Source of the DNA: Styela clava
Lineage: Eukaryota
Reading direction: 5' to 3'
Assembly: GCF_964204865.1 (NCBI RefSeq)
Contig: NC_135256.1
Span: 20,708,001-20,772,000 of the forward strand
Length of the DNA: 64,000 nucleotides
Shown here in pieces: positions 41,175 through 54,660 of this stretch (its first letter is position 1; each line of letters begins with the position of its first letter). The position numbers and the translations under genes are program-made. The notes under the pieces were generated by a model, which saw only the letters and a program-made list of their open reading frames with translations, made no database searches and was not told where the DNA came from.

Positions 41175-41521
41175 CAGGGTGTCTCGAAAGTAAGTATACA
41201 CTTTGATTTTGATTTTCTTCTGAGGTACTCATCATAGAGCGTTGATTCCTTCACAAAACATAGTATGGATAAGTAGTAAAATTCAGGTATTGTTTGCATT
41301 TTTCATCAACCCACAGAATAAGAAGGAGCTTGACCCCAAAATTGCTGTTTTGCAAGAAGCAAGTAAATCAGTAAGGCACATGTGTGTGAAAAATGTACAC
41401 AATACCTAAATTCTACTACTTATCCATACTGTTTTCTGAATAAATGAACGCTCTATGTCCATGATGAGTACCTAAAAAGCAAATCAAAATTAAAATTGTT
41501 TACTTACTTTGAGACACCCTG
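41175..41521. mobile_element. Tc1/mariner-type MITE with ~120-bp TIRs
   Basis: TA|CAGGGTGTCTCGAAAGTAAGTA ... TACTTACTTTGAGACACCCTG|TA; inverted similarity extends ~120 bp inward. Confidence 0.88.
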
Positions 41522-42959
41522 TATATAGTGAAAGATGATTCCAAGGAAGAAATAGGTGCCATTCATTAACTTATCTTTCGGATAAATCTATAAGCATTGG
41601 TCACAAAAAAGGCCATTCTGCTTGATGCTGCATGATACATGCATTTTCACTCTGTGGTAAATATATGATTGTTATGAGTTTTGGTCGTACATAGCGATTA
41701 ACGGATGTAAGTTATAAGCTCGGATTATGCGAAAAATAAGAAGACTAACCGGTTACTTTGAAACCGCTGATGGAACGTTCTATCGAAATAGATTGCTAGG
41801 CTAGTAGGATTTGAAACTATAACAAACAGCAGTCGTAAGCAGGCTTGAGACGAGGCAAGCCTTTAATCAAAAATGAAATGGTGTACCCATAATCATCGAA
41901 GGGAGGAGGGGGGCTTCAATCATTAAAATCGTTAGTCATGATATGACGTTGCTAATGGATTCTTTCTGCATTCAAGTTTACCTAAATCATTTGCATTTAT
42001 AATATGTAAAATATCGATGTGTAGCAAGCAAGGTTACTGAAAAGATAAAGAATCTTTAACCCCAAACAATTTGCGCTGATTATTTTTGACTGGCTTGGGT
42101 AACTGAATTTAACTGAATCTCTGTCTCAGCCAAAGAAACGGAAAAGAGTTTTTATCTGTTATAAATCTGGGGAACTGTCAACTTAAAGCCCTATGTTCAA
42201 ACACTAAACACCAAAATTTGTTGCAGTCACAGTACATGTACTGAATTTGTCAATAAATACACAAAATTTATTGTTATCAGTTCACCAGAAAGTGAAGTAG
42301 TTTTCTAGCAGGTAGGAATAGAAGGTGTTATTAAAAGAAACAAAAGCTAGGACATCCGTTATGATGCAAAAATATGGTTGCCATTTATATATCGTGCACT
42401 CATCACGAAAGTATATTTGGTAACAACTTGAAATCAAAAAAGGTAAGAAAGTCAAGGTTTCATACTACCAGGAATGTAAAGGATGTTTTTCTTGTGAAAC
42501 CACCCATATCAAATTTCAACTCTCAAAACACTAACCGATTGCCATTGTCCTAGTGGCATTTGCTCAAATACTGCATATCCATCCGGTGTTTGTGTTAATC
42601 GTTTACGTCATGATAGACCGGATCAATATAACGCTAACAGATTCTTTGGCGATTTATACATATCTTTCAATATCTATATCCAAAGTATCTCATTGTTGCT
42701 AGTTGCTACCAATTTTTAGCATTACCATTTATATTTAAACATACAGTGCCATTGTGTATCCGTGTATTTAGCTGATGATTCAGCAAATTTTTGCCATCAT
42801 TGATCTGCAGTTCGATATTACTATATCATTACAATTGGTTTAGTTCTGCTCATCAAAAGACGATTAATTTAGAAAATCTTGACCAGTGATATTTCATACC
42901 CCCCCCCCCCCCTCAGTATAACATACCCCTTTTCATAAAAAGTATTAATACATAAATGT

Positions 42960-45882
42960 TCACGGCACGTATCTATCAGGAGTACGAATGATTCTAGTTC
43001 GTGTTCTGCGTTGTCTGAAATTCGGAGTCACCGGTCTCTCGCTCGATTCCGCTTCATCTGAACGAGGAGTTTCAGAATTGTCCGCTCCTTTTGACGTTAG
43101 TTGTGGCTCTGCATGCGAAGATGGTTCTTGTTTTATTTCCTTCTTGTCATCGTATGTTGGTCTTAAAAACCATCTATTCCGCCTGTAGTCTCTTCCATCG
43201 ATATGACCTTGGATACAATTGCTCAGTGCATGTATCAAATCTCCATCTCCCTTTGTTTTCAATAGGTATCACGAGCACTTTTTGCCCTTTGTGAAGCTTA
43301 GAAAGTTGTTTTGTGCCACGATCGTAATATTTCTTAGATCTTGCACGTCTGCTCAATTTTCGATTTGACATTTCTCTCAACTTTCGGCGCGAGCAGTTTA
43401 TTCGATATTGGAAGAAAACATCTTGTGCGACGGGACATTAGTCTTTGACTAGGAGAACTGTCCATACCATCTGTTGGCGTATTTCTCCATTCGAGAATAG
43501 CTTTATATACATCTGAACAGTCTCTACGTGCCTTTTTAATCAGATTCTTTGCTATCTTGACGGCTGATTCGGCTTTACCGTTCGACCTGCTATGCAGCGG
43601 AGATGACGTTCGACGCAGAAATTCCCAACTTTTGGCAAATTCTCGAAATTCAGCATTTGCAAATTGTGGACCATTGTCCGAGATCACTGTATCTGGTTTG
43701 CCATGTCTGCTGAAATTCTTCTTATATACAGCATATGATCACCGATCTCGCAGTTTCGTTATTCAGTTCGTCGAGTTCCCAGAAATCTGATCGACAGTAA
43801 TTAAATATTAAAAATAAATCCATTCCTATTTTACTCCATGGCTGGTTAGGGATTTCACTGTTATTATTAACCAATTCTCGTTGATTGTCACGTGCATGTT
43901 CCACACATACACTACACTGACCAATATAGTCTTTGATTTCTTGGTTCATTCGAGGCCAAAATACTATATCTCGGGCCTTTCCCATGCATGATTCACTACC
44001 CATGTGACATTCATGAATGCGTTCAAGCATTTCGGGCCACAGTGTCTTAGGAATTACTATTCTATGGCTTTTGTACAAAGCATTGTTTTGGTAGCCAAGC
44101 TCATCTCTACAATTCCAGAATTCTTTCAGACAATCATCGACTTCACCTTTTGTTTCTGGCCAGCCAACTCTAATTACTTTTTTAAGCATTTGCAATTGCT
44201 CATCATTCTGTGTATGATTCCGAATCTGTTTTAGTCGTTTATCTGCGACATATGCATAATCGGCAAGATTTATATTGTTTAATTCATTTCTAAAGTTTTT
44301 TTCTTCGCCAATTTGAAAAATTTCAAAACTGTCTTTAGCGGGTTGTGGTATATTATCATTTTGCACAACCTAGAGAGTGTATCTGCTATATGCATTTCTC
44401 CTCCAGGCTTGTACTGAACTTTTAAATTGTACTTTTGCAGTCTAAGCAGCATTCGCTGTAATCGTTTGGGTACTGCTAACAAGGATTTTCGAAAAATAGC
44501 ATCTAACGGTTTGTGATCACTTTCCACAGTCACTTTTCGACCAAAAATATAATGATCAAATTGTTCGCATCCAAACACGATTGCCAAACTTTTTTTTTTT
44601 AATTTGTTCCTAACGACGCTCTGTTGTCGTTGACGAACGCGAGGCAAAAGTAACAGGCTTACCTTCTTGTAACAGAGTTGCCCCTAATGCGACTTCGCTC
44701 GCATCACATTGTAAGATTACCTCTTTTGAAATATCATAATATTGTAGAATTGTTGCAGTTGTTGCTAACGGTTTGATATTTTCACGCAGCCATTTCCACT
44801 CAACATCTTTGTTCATCAATCTACGAAGTGGCTCACAAATTTCTGATAGGATGTTTAAGAAATTTAGCGAGATAATGAACAAATCCTACAACACATTGTA
44901 CCTGTTGTACATTTATTAGTTTGGGCATTTCAACAACACCCTGAATCTTCCGTGGATCTGGTAAAAGACCTTTATAAGTCAATAAATGACCTAGATATGG
45001 AACGGATTTCAGTTTGAACTTGATTTTACTTTTGTTCTATTTCAAATTTCTGCTCCTTGCCCTTTCAGAAAGTTTTATTACCTTCTGATGATGATCTCTT
45101 ACCGCTTCTTCATATGTGTTTTCACTTCCAGCAATTAGTATATCAACGGCAATACATCGTATGCCTTCGAGACCTTCCAGAACTTCATTCAGTCTCCTCT
45201 AAAATTCTTCCGGAGCTGTCGAAATTCCAAACGGCATACGTTTCCATCTGTATCAAAAATGGAGTTATAAAAGTAGTTGAATAGCTAGTTTGTTCGTCAA
45301 GCTCGATTTGCCAGAATCCATCTTTCGCATCAAAGACAGAAAAAACTTTTGCGTTCGCTAACTCTTGTAAAACATCTTCAATATTTGGAATAGGATAATG
45401 AGAACGTCTTAGAGCATTATTTAGGTCCTTTGGGTCCAAGCATATCCTCACTTTACCAGGTTTTTTAACTGCTACCATATTGCTAATCCAGTCGGTAGGT
45501 GTGGTAACTTTAGCAATTACCCCTTTATTCTCTAATTCCTTAAGTTTATTCATAAGATCATTGCAAAGGCAATTCTACGAGGTTGATGCTTTACTGGTGA
45601 AGCTTTGGTATCTATTTCTAGATGATATTCTCCAGGAGAACAACCTGGACCTTCAAAAACATCAGCGTACTTTTCTGAAATATCATCAACTGTTAAACGA
45701 TTTTCATGATGTTTGGCTACAATAGATTGTACAGTACCTTGACTTTGAGGTACATTGACCTGCAAAGGTTCCAAATCTTTACAAGTCCGAGCTGAAAGCA
45801 ACGGATGTGGGCCTCTTTCCACAACAATGAGACAAATTGTAATTCTTACCGTTGTGTTGGCATAGAAAGTTGCATTGACCAA
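42960..45882 (-). pseudogene. pol: Gypsy pol (RT, RNase H, integrase) with many frameshifts
   Basis: VRICLDPKDLN, FSVFDAKDGFWQI, catalytic motif reads IAVD instead of IADD, CDASEVALGA, SDHKPL, HHCC (IHECHMG...CSVC), SDNGPQF, SNGKAE. Confidence 0.9.
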
Positions 45883-46939
45883 TCGGCTTCAGCAAGCTAC
45901 CATCATAAAACTTCAGCGTTACACTACTTTCTTTTAAAGCTGGATTTTTTGTGCCTAGGACCTTACGACAATCATTGAAGCTTATCACATTACTGGTCGA
46001 GCCGCTATCGAGCACACATTTGAACAGAACTGGTTTTCGACCACCTTTCGCATGTAATTTCAAATCAACAAACCAGCGAACACCTTTAGACTGGATACTT
46101 CCAACAGTCTCAAAATTATAAGCCGAGTCGCTTGATTTATTGACATAATTATTAGCAGAGTAAAGTTTTCGATTAGTTTGTTCACAAACAGCAGCAAAGT
46201 GATTTTTCTTATGGCAAGCGTTACACAACACACCATATGCAGGGCAGAATCGAGCCCCCTTTCTGTGACTTCTGCCACAATATTTGCATATTATCTTTGC
46301 TGTATTGTTACCAGTCATTGATCTTCTTTTTTGTTTGTACCCATACTTCGCTTTCTTCTCTTTATAAAATGTTTCAATTTCTTCATAGTCTTCAGTCTTT
46401 TCGATTTTCTTCATTTGTTCATCGGCCATTCCACTACTGCGACAAATTTCTATTGCAAAATTCAAAGTTAGTTCACTTTTTCTAAGCATTGCAGCTTTCA
46501 CATTTTTATCTTTGCTACCCAATATAATTCTGTCTCTCATTAGCTCGTCAGTCATTGGTCCAAATTTACACGTTGATGCTAATTCTCTAAGTTTAGTGAC
46601 ATAATCATCAATTGATTCATCTAGTCTCTGGTCGCATGTATAAAAAACATGTCTTTCATATACAACATTTCTAGTAGGTTCGAAGTGTTTATCTAAAGCG
46701 CCCAATATAAGTTTCAAACTTTTTCTATCTTCTTCAGAAATGTCAAGATGTTGGTATATTTTGTAGCAATCTTTACCCATTACCCCAGGTAATGTGGCGA
46801 CTCGAATTATACCAGACTTTTCTTCTAAGCCAGTTGATATTTCATAATTTTCCCATTGCGATCGGAAGATAGACCAATTGGCTGTTGCATTTTTGTTTAT
46901 TTCCACAGCCAATGGTGCGGGGATACTATTTGTGGCCAT
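45779..46939 (-). pseudogene. gag: Gypsy gag and protease (open for 386 codons, frameshifted within PR)
   Basis: Two Cys/His knuckles CKYCGRSH...CPAYGVLCNACHKKNHFAAVC; aspartic protease motif LDSGS. Confidence 0.88.
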
Positions 46940-47282
46940 TGAATAGAAAATATGAAGTACCTTGTCGAAATAAGACTTACTAATGTTTCGTTCTCTATCT
47001 CTGACACCATGTTTCGTTCTCTATCTAGCTTTACGGGTTCTCAACACATGACTCGACATTACCAACTTATATTAACAGTAAACATAGAAACACCGCACAG
47101 TATAACAGTTACAATAAGACTACCACGTTTTACAAGGATAACCAAGAACATGAAACATGGGTAGCGCTATAGGGTATATTACGTAATATCTTAACACAGA
47201 CTACTGGCACCTTATAGGGAAAGATTAGTAATTTGGACAAACATTTTTAAATACATAGAAAAAGGCTAATTATTAGTATTGG

Positions 47283-49509
47283 CGAAATTCTCCGAATTCA
47301 TAAATTAAATCGATAAAAAAACCATTTTAAATTAGGCAACATATGGCAACGAAAAATAACTGGATCAATAACGTTCAGGTGGTAATTAGTATTCAAAACC
47401 CCAATCAATAAGGCTAATGGAATCGTTAGCACCATTTTAATCCTCGGAATATAGATTTATAGATCAAATCCTTATACTATTCTTTACAATTCTGATTAGG
47501 TTAAAATCCTGGGGGAGACATGATTATTGTTGGTTTTCTGTATATAAGGATCGCTATCGCTGTAGTATTATCCAGTCTTGTAAGATGTAGTCTTGTAGTA
47601 ACCAGTCTTGTAGTACAACCTTGATGTTGTGTATACTGTACAATAAAGTAAAGAAGAATTGTCGCAATTGTCGTTTGTCTGCTATCATCTATTGTCTGCT
47701 GGGGGCGAGCGCATACGTGACCGAACAACGAGGTGAAGAATAATTTGTACAAGTCTAGAAGACAAGAGCCCGTGCTCCGACTAAAGAGCTACCAAAGATC
47801 TCGTACGCCGACTCAAGTTATATTTAGGACACCCGTCATAAATTAATTGGTGACCTCGTGAGGTATTAAAAGGTCTGGTATTAGGAGTCAAGTCGTCTGG
47901 AGCGGTGTCGTGTCGTCATGTCTTCATCGCTTGTGCTCCGTGTATATCTACATTAAACTACATCAACAACATGTTCTTATTTGCTACATGTACTTAACGG
48001 GCTAAAATGGTGACCCCGAACAAAGAATTGCAAGCCTTCTGATGTGGAGTCGAAATCGCTAAAGGTGACCCAACAAAACAATAACAACGGTAAAGATGGT
48101 ACAGCAATAAAGGTATCACCGCACGAGAGAACAAAGGTACGGAATCAATCGGAAAAGAATTAGACGACGAAGGATACGAAGACGAAGGATAAAGACCAAG
48201 TCCACACAATGAACTTTTGTTTAAATTCAAAAATGCAAGGTGAAAAATTGATATATGTACATAAGATTTTTCTCCTAACTGGGACATTTATCGTACTACC
48301 GGTACTTCCTTTCTCAATGTATAGTCCTTCTTTAACTTCTTTGGCGATATTAATTAGGATCTCAATTTCTATGAATTGCTTGAAAACAGAGTTTGAGTGT
48401 TTACTCAAATTGCAAATAATCTTATGGCCAATTGATTATGCAATGAAGGTGAATATTCGATTTCAAATTTCTTGTCATTTATATTAATTAAAATTTGACG
48501 GATTCAAACTATTTCGATTAGATAGATTTCATTAACACTGAACTATTGTTAAAAGATGATTCAAACGAGTCACTCTCTTAAACGTTTATAACATCGGTAT
48601 AAGAACGGTGCATAAATGAGCTCATCAATATATTCGTCAAAACGAGTATATGACAAATTTTTTAACAAACAAAGCGCTATTTTTCTTTTTTTTTCAAAGC
48701 CCGAAGCTGGCATTATCAACAAATCGCAACAAGCGAACTTACAAAGCGCTATTTTTTCAAAAACATGAGCTATCAGTAATTCAGTGTGACGAAGTATATT
48801 GGATTGAAAGATCAGTTTTATCTGTCGAAATCAAATTTAAAAAACAATAAATCGCCTTTTCTTTTCTAATCTATACTCTTACTGTCATCCTCCTTCCCTC
48901 TCTTTATTAAATCTTCTCGTCCCATATTTTTGAATTTTATTATGTATATTTTTCGATTTTTTTTTTTTGTCATATTCAATGTGTTTTTGAAATTTACGTA
49001 TGTTAGGTGACAAATATGTCCAAAACCCAGATTTCCAAACTAAAGGGCCTAGATATATATTCAGGGATAAAAAAAATTTTCAGGTAAAATTTATAAAAAG
49101 ACTAAAAATTGCTTATTTCGAAATTCTCCAAATTCATGAATTGGATCGATATAGTTCCCGTTGAAATTAGACAAACAGATGACAACCAAAAATATAATTA
49201 GATCGATGACATATGGTAATTAGTATTCCAAACCCGAATCGATAATCCTAATGGAATCGATATCACCATACGCACATACGTATATAAGGTTTCAATTGGA
49301 TATTTGGAGAAAGGGGGGTATTGAAGAAGTGAGGTATTGAAGAAGTCATGTATTGAGAGGTCTTGTATTAGGATTCGAATCGTCTTGATAAGTGTCGTCT
49401 CGTTTCTCGATGTCGTCATGTCTTAACAATCTTCTGTATTCTGTGTCTACAACATTAAACTACATCAACAACATGTTCCTATATGCTACACTGTCTTAAC
49501 GGGCTAAAA
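47283..49509 (+). mobile_element. Non-coding LTR-like direct-repeat pair with tRNA-Trp PBS (TRIM/LARD-like, or two related LTR remnants)
   Basis: 47283-47434 resembles 49119-49269; 47951-48007 resembles 49453-49509. TATATAAGG and ATTAAA in both. PBS TGGTGACCCCGA at 48008-48019, directly after the first repeat. Confidence 0.65.
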
Positions 49510-51198
49510 CCTTACGTCACACGATTCGTTAAAAAATTACGGTAGGCCCACAGTTACCAGTAGTCTACTGGCAACCAAATTAAAACAATTACATTTTATA
49601 AACCAAACACTTGTGTGAAGTGGGCTCATTATATGTAAACAGAAGCACTTTCATTATTTAATATCGCCCTACTACTGCGACCTTACCGACACTGAAGATT
49701 TGTATTTGTGCCGGTACGGTATGTTCAGGAAGGGTACGGTACCGTAACGGTGCCAGCTAGGATGAGGTATGGCTGTATGGTGAAATTCCAAAAAATTCTC
49801 AATGCAAACTGGAGTCGTGCTGCGCTCAGTTTATACCAATAAATCTTTGGACATCAAGATTTAATTCTCTGTTTCAAAACAACAATCTATCAATATCATG
49901 CCAATACGCCGCACCGGGACCCCACCAGTACCGGTATTTCAAATTTGTGTTCAACAGCGACACAATAGATGCGGAAGAGGTTTAAATTAAACTTGCACTA
50001 TCTAGCTAAATTTTTATTTGTTGAAAAAAGCACCTCACTTACCAGAGATGAAGAAGAAAACAACTTCCGTGCCCCTTCGATCACGGTGATTCACGATTTC
50101 TCGAGTAGCACGGCGAAGCAACTGAGCAAGACCGGTACAGCTCGATTCACGAAACGTCTCGTAAAAACTTTACGCACGGTCACGCAAGTTCTCTCGAAAT
50201 CTAACGCACGGTCGTCTTTGAACAGAATCAACTGTATGATCTCTCAACCGTATCAGTCACTGCCGCTAGTCGCCCTGAGCGGACAAGCTCATTTCGCGAC
50301 AATCTGTATGGTTTCCCTGTTTATAGACTGTGTTTTAAAATTTGGGCCATATATAAGTAATCTATGGATATATGAAATAAATGCTGGAGTACATATTGTG
50401 AACTACTTATGTGACCGACAATAAAATAGATGAATGAATGCAATCCCATATTTGATGTTAGTACGCTGTTAGTTGGCATATATAGGTGGGTCCACAGCTA
50501 CTAGACTACAGTCACTCTTACCTAAGTTAGGCATTTAAGGATTTTTGATGCCAATTTTTCACGAAGTATGCAAACACCACAGCATTTGTTAGGGTGCATG
50601 TGGCACATACTTGTCTTAGGCCAGTAAGGTATTGAACATGTATCCCGTCTTAGTTATACCGTTTAATTATTATGTAGATACTGTTACAAACAAACACACA
50701 TACATTTTAACCTGAATTCATGCTAAGAACACGCCGAACTACTGTTAACGAGCAAAATTTTCCCCTCGTAAGTTTGCGAGAACTCCGGCGCGTTAAATAA
50801 CTTTCGTGAATACCGATTCTCGGTAAAATGAGAGAAGAAGGCACTTTACGAGACGTCTGTTTTGGCGCGCAAAAAATTCTCTCGAATATTAACGATACTT
50901 CGAGGATACCATTTTTGCCTTTTACGAGAAAGTAGGAGGTGCTCAACTAACACGTTACGATAAAGAAGTTTAGCGAATGGCGCCCCTGTACTGATAGCAC
51001 GGATTTGAATCGCAGGCGAACCGCTGAAGCGTGAATATGTGGTCGGTTAGACCGGTTCCAACGGACATGTAATCAGGCCTATTTATTGTCACTTGAACGA
51101 TGGTCTTGGGGGATTGACCGAGATGACCAGTCGTTCGAGCAGGACTAGGCGAAGAATGCAGGGCTGACACTTTAGAAGTTTTGTAGATGGATCTTGAT

Positions 51199-51669
51199 CA
51201 GGGCGGTCCAAACCCAGGCCCGCGGGCCACATGTGGCCCGCCTCTTTATTATCTGTGGCCCGCGTCACATTCGGAGAGTAAACAATAAATCGCATTTCGT
51301 GTTTTTTCGTAATAAAATTAATCAGAAAAATCTTTTGACATATTGTTACATCACTAATGTCACTTAATTGACTAGTGTTATGGCTAGCCGAGCCAAATAG
51401 CGGAGTTGAATGATGTGCTTGGCAGTCTAAATTATTATCTGGCTTTCTATCTTTTTGGTCGGGAATATATACTAACAATATAGGCATCATAGAAAACTAA
51501 AAATTGAATGCGGATTCTATTAGCCTGGGATGTCTGATAACTATGTGTTTGCACATTAAAAGTGTTTGTTTTGTATTGCACTGTACACCTATTTTCGGCA
51601 CTATTGTGGCCCGCGAACAATGAAAAATTAATGTATGGCCCGCGGAGCCGACAACCTTGGACCACCCGG
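51199..51669. mobile_element. hAT-Charlie-type MITE
   Basis: CAGGGCGGTCCAA ... TTGGACCACCCGG termini, repeated GGCCCGC motifs, TSD ATCTTGAT / ATCTAGAT. Confidence 0.85.
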
Positions 51670-53998
51670 ATCTAGATGTTGCGTTCAAGATCTAGATGTA
51701 AAATTTGGATTCTAGATGTTAGCTATAAAATCTGGATCTATTTTTTTACGTTATAAATATTATCCAGTGGAAAAAGGCGATGTGTATAATTGCTAAACGA
51801 ATATCATCTAGTATTAGGTGTAAGGTTGATAAAACTTAAATAATATGCCCGATATGAAATATAAGGTATTTTTATCACAAAACTGAAGAGAACACTATAG
51901 CTGTATAAAGTATATGCCAAAGTTTTCTTATCTTCAGTATAAACAGCTGAAACAGAGACTACGTGCAAATTTGACGGTTTTAAAAAGCCTTTCTTTGTTT
52001 TTTGTCAAAAACATATGACATACATTGTGTCATAAAAAACATCTATCCTAAAAAGCATTATCGGCAGTGCAAAAAGTTGGCTACAAAACTTCAATCTTGT
52101 TAAGTCAGAAAGCAGAACAATAACACAGAAACAGCAATGTGCGCCATCAATGTTACTATGTCATTTAAGTGCTGATTTTGAAAACAATTTAAAGCAATAA
52201 ACTATGAAAAAAAGTAAGAAACAGAAGGAAGACAGATTCACTGAATGCAATAATAGTTATCCCTAAATTCAACCCAATTTGAAATTATCAATGTTGCACG
52301 TCTTATTGGAAACATGTTTCGGTTTCAAAAAATATGTACAGAAGAAACCTATATAAATCCCTTGCAGCAACTGTAGCAACAACATCAACCTCAAATGATC
52401 TTTGAAATCTACTATGATGTAGTATAATGAACTATTTGTAATCTCTTGTTTCATTTATTTTTATTACATTTGGTAGATTCATATTAAATGTATTTTTGAA
52501 TGTTTTGTTTTAAAATCTAGAATCTAGATGGTTTTTGAGGGCAAACAAGATGTTTTTATTCAGACAAAAGGGGCAGCCCTGGAAGATTGTGTGTGAGTGA
52601 TGAAGAAATATGTGCAACGGATGCGAGTCCGTCTCCAAAGGCAAGGTCGGCATTTGAAACATATTCTTGAGAGAACATAAGTTCGGTGCAAACCGTCCTA
52701 GATTTCTGAAACGTTTTGGGGTACAATCATACACATACAGATTTTTTTACAAAGTTGTATTTGAGATCCATGCGGGGCCAGATATTTCATCCAAATGTTA
52801 ATGTCGTATTAAATACACTTTTATATGATGTTAGATAATGGGTCATTCTATCACGCTTGTCCGTCGATATTTTATTAACAAACTCAGTGGTCAGCAAAGA
52901 ACTAAAACGCGATCTTGATGTCAATATATTTTAGCATTGCTTCCCCATATTCATGATGTACTGGTCTGGCCAATTTGAGTTATTTCTCATTCAGTTCAAG
53001 TTATTTCTCATCCAATGCCAAATCAGTATCTGGCTTGAACTCACTCTAACTATTGCCTAAAATAAGGCATAAATTTCAACATATAATACTCACTGTTCAC
53101 TTTCAACTTTTGATTTTTCCCATCAAAAATTAAAATAAATAATGCGTACAAGAATTATAATGATTCCATAGATGTGCTCGGAGATCAAAACGAGTGAAAT
53201 TAGTAGTATAAACAAACTTTAATTCGATAAGTTTGTGGAAAGGTATTGTCAATAACCAATAGAGGAAAGGAAAGAGGGCCACCGGGCCCGGTGGAAAATC
53301 AGCTCTCGCACTAATACTATATCCATAATCGTTTCGAACTTTGACTCCGAATTTCGGTGAGTTATGACGGTTTAAATTAAAATTTTGCCATATCCGTTTT
53401 TTATGCTATCTTTGCCGGCAGGACTTGAGTGCTCAGAGACTTAGAAATTCTTATGTTTTGTGTTATATTAGATATTCTTTCGGCCCATGTCCCAATTCGG
53501 AATATATTCTAGATTCAAAAATATTTTTTTATGTGGTATTCAAAAAAGTAAATTATATGTACCCGTATTTGATGTTTATGGCCTTTTTAACAGATAACTG
53601 CCATTGTCGAGAATGAAAGTTACAAAACTCATTTTCAATCGAAATTAGACATCAACAAAAAGTAAAACAATAAATTTTATTTTAGATTTAATCATAGGAG
53701 TCTAAAATATTCAAGAGTAATTCTATAATGACTTTTTAGATACGCATGTCCCCAAAATAGTTGTATGTTGCCAATGTGGTAAATATATTTGAAAGAAGAT
53801 CTAAAACATTTTAGTTAAACACTAATTTCAAAATTATGGAATTTTCAAATTTACAGTCCCACAGTTCGTTAGATGGTGATGCTGACTCGTTGCTAGTTTT
53901 TAACGGCATATTTTGTTGAATTTAATAGAATGCCCCAACGTGCCCCAGGGTGTTGCCCCAACGTGCCCCACCCCACCAACGCAATGGAACTGAAGCAA

Positions 53999-54660
53999 TT
54001 TTCAGCCAGCACATTTTTCATGTTATCAACGATCAGCTGTTGTGGGGTATTATGACATCATAGATTGGCGCCTATTGGATATTTATCAAGAACTACGCGC
54101 ACCGGCAGTTTTGTGTTTTATATTTTCCACCAAGCGGTAATTCAAATATTTTGTGGACAGTTTCTTGCCAATAGCCGCGGAATAGTTTTTTGAAATAAGA
54201 TTTTCAGCCAGCACATTTCTCGTATTATCAACGATCAGCTGTTGTGGGGTACCATGACATCATAGATTTGCGCACATTGGCTATTTTGAAGAACTAAGTT
54301 GGCGCCTATTGGATATTTCTCAAGAACTACGCGCACCGGCAGTTTTATGTTTTATATTTCCCACCAAGCGTTACTTTGATTATTTTGTGGACAGGTTATT
54401 GCCAATAGCTAAAGAATAGTTCAACGAAAAGAGATTTTCACCCAGCACATTTCTCATGCTCTCCAAGATGAGCTGTTGTTTGATTAGTTTGTGAACAGTT
54501 TATTGCCAGTAGCCGAGGAATAGTTCACTGAAGAGGGATTTTCAATCAGCACATTACTTGTGTAATTAACGTCCAGCTGTTGTGGGGTATTATGATATTA
54601 TAGATTGGTACCTATTGTATAGTTATCATGTACTACGAACACTTGTAGTTTTATGTCTTA
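53999..54660. repeat. Degenerate tandem repeat, ~200-bp unit, 4 copies
   Basis: Units start TTTTCA(G/C/A)(C/T)CAGCACATT at ~53999, 54201, 54435 and 54538. Unit 2 has an internal ~32-bp duplication, unit 3 a deletion. Confidence 0.9.

Larger units (their letters stand above)
42914..47107 (-). mobile_element. Decayed Ty3/Gypsy LTR retrotransposon, Mag-clade-like
   Basis: 5' LTR 47107-47010 (TGTT...AACA), PBS TGGTGTCAGA, gag-PR-RT-RH-IN order, PPT GAAAAGGGGTA, then only 10 bp of 3' LTR (TGTTATACTG). Confidence 0.92.

Noticed and set aside
40881-41237. Hydrophobic 118-aa ORF as the missing TM exon
   Set aside because: T-rich, UTR-like composition, runs into a MITE TIR, no convincing phase-0 acceptor and no TMEFF-like tail.
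42885-42898. 14-bp match (AGTGATATTTCATA) to the start of the second Gypsy's LTR
   Set aside because: Short and AT-rich, with no extension on either side; compatible with chance.
49969-50424. 151-aa plus-strand ORF
   Set aside because: No recognisable domain; the clearest splice signal in the block is on the opposite strand.
53999-54660. Array as CRISPR-like
   Set aside because: Whole units are homologous with no unique spacers, there are no cas genes, and the context is eukaryotic.
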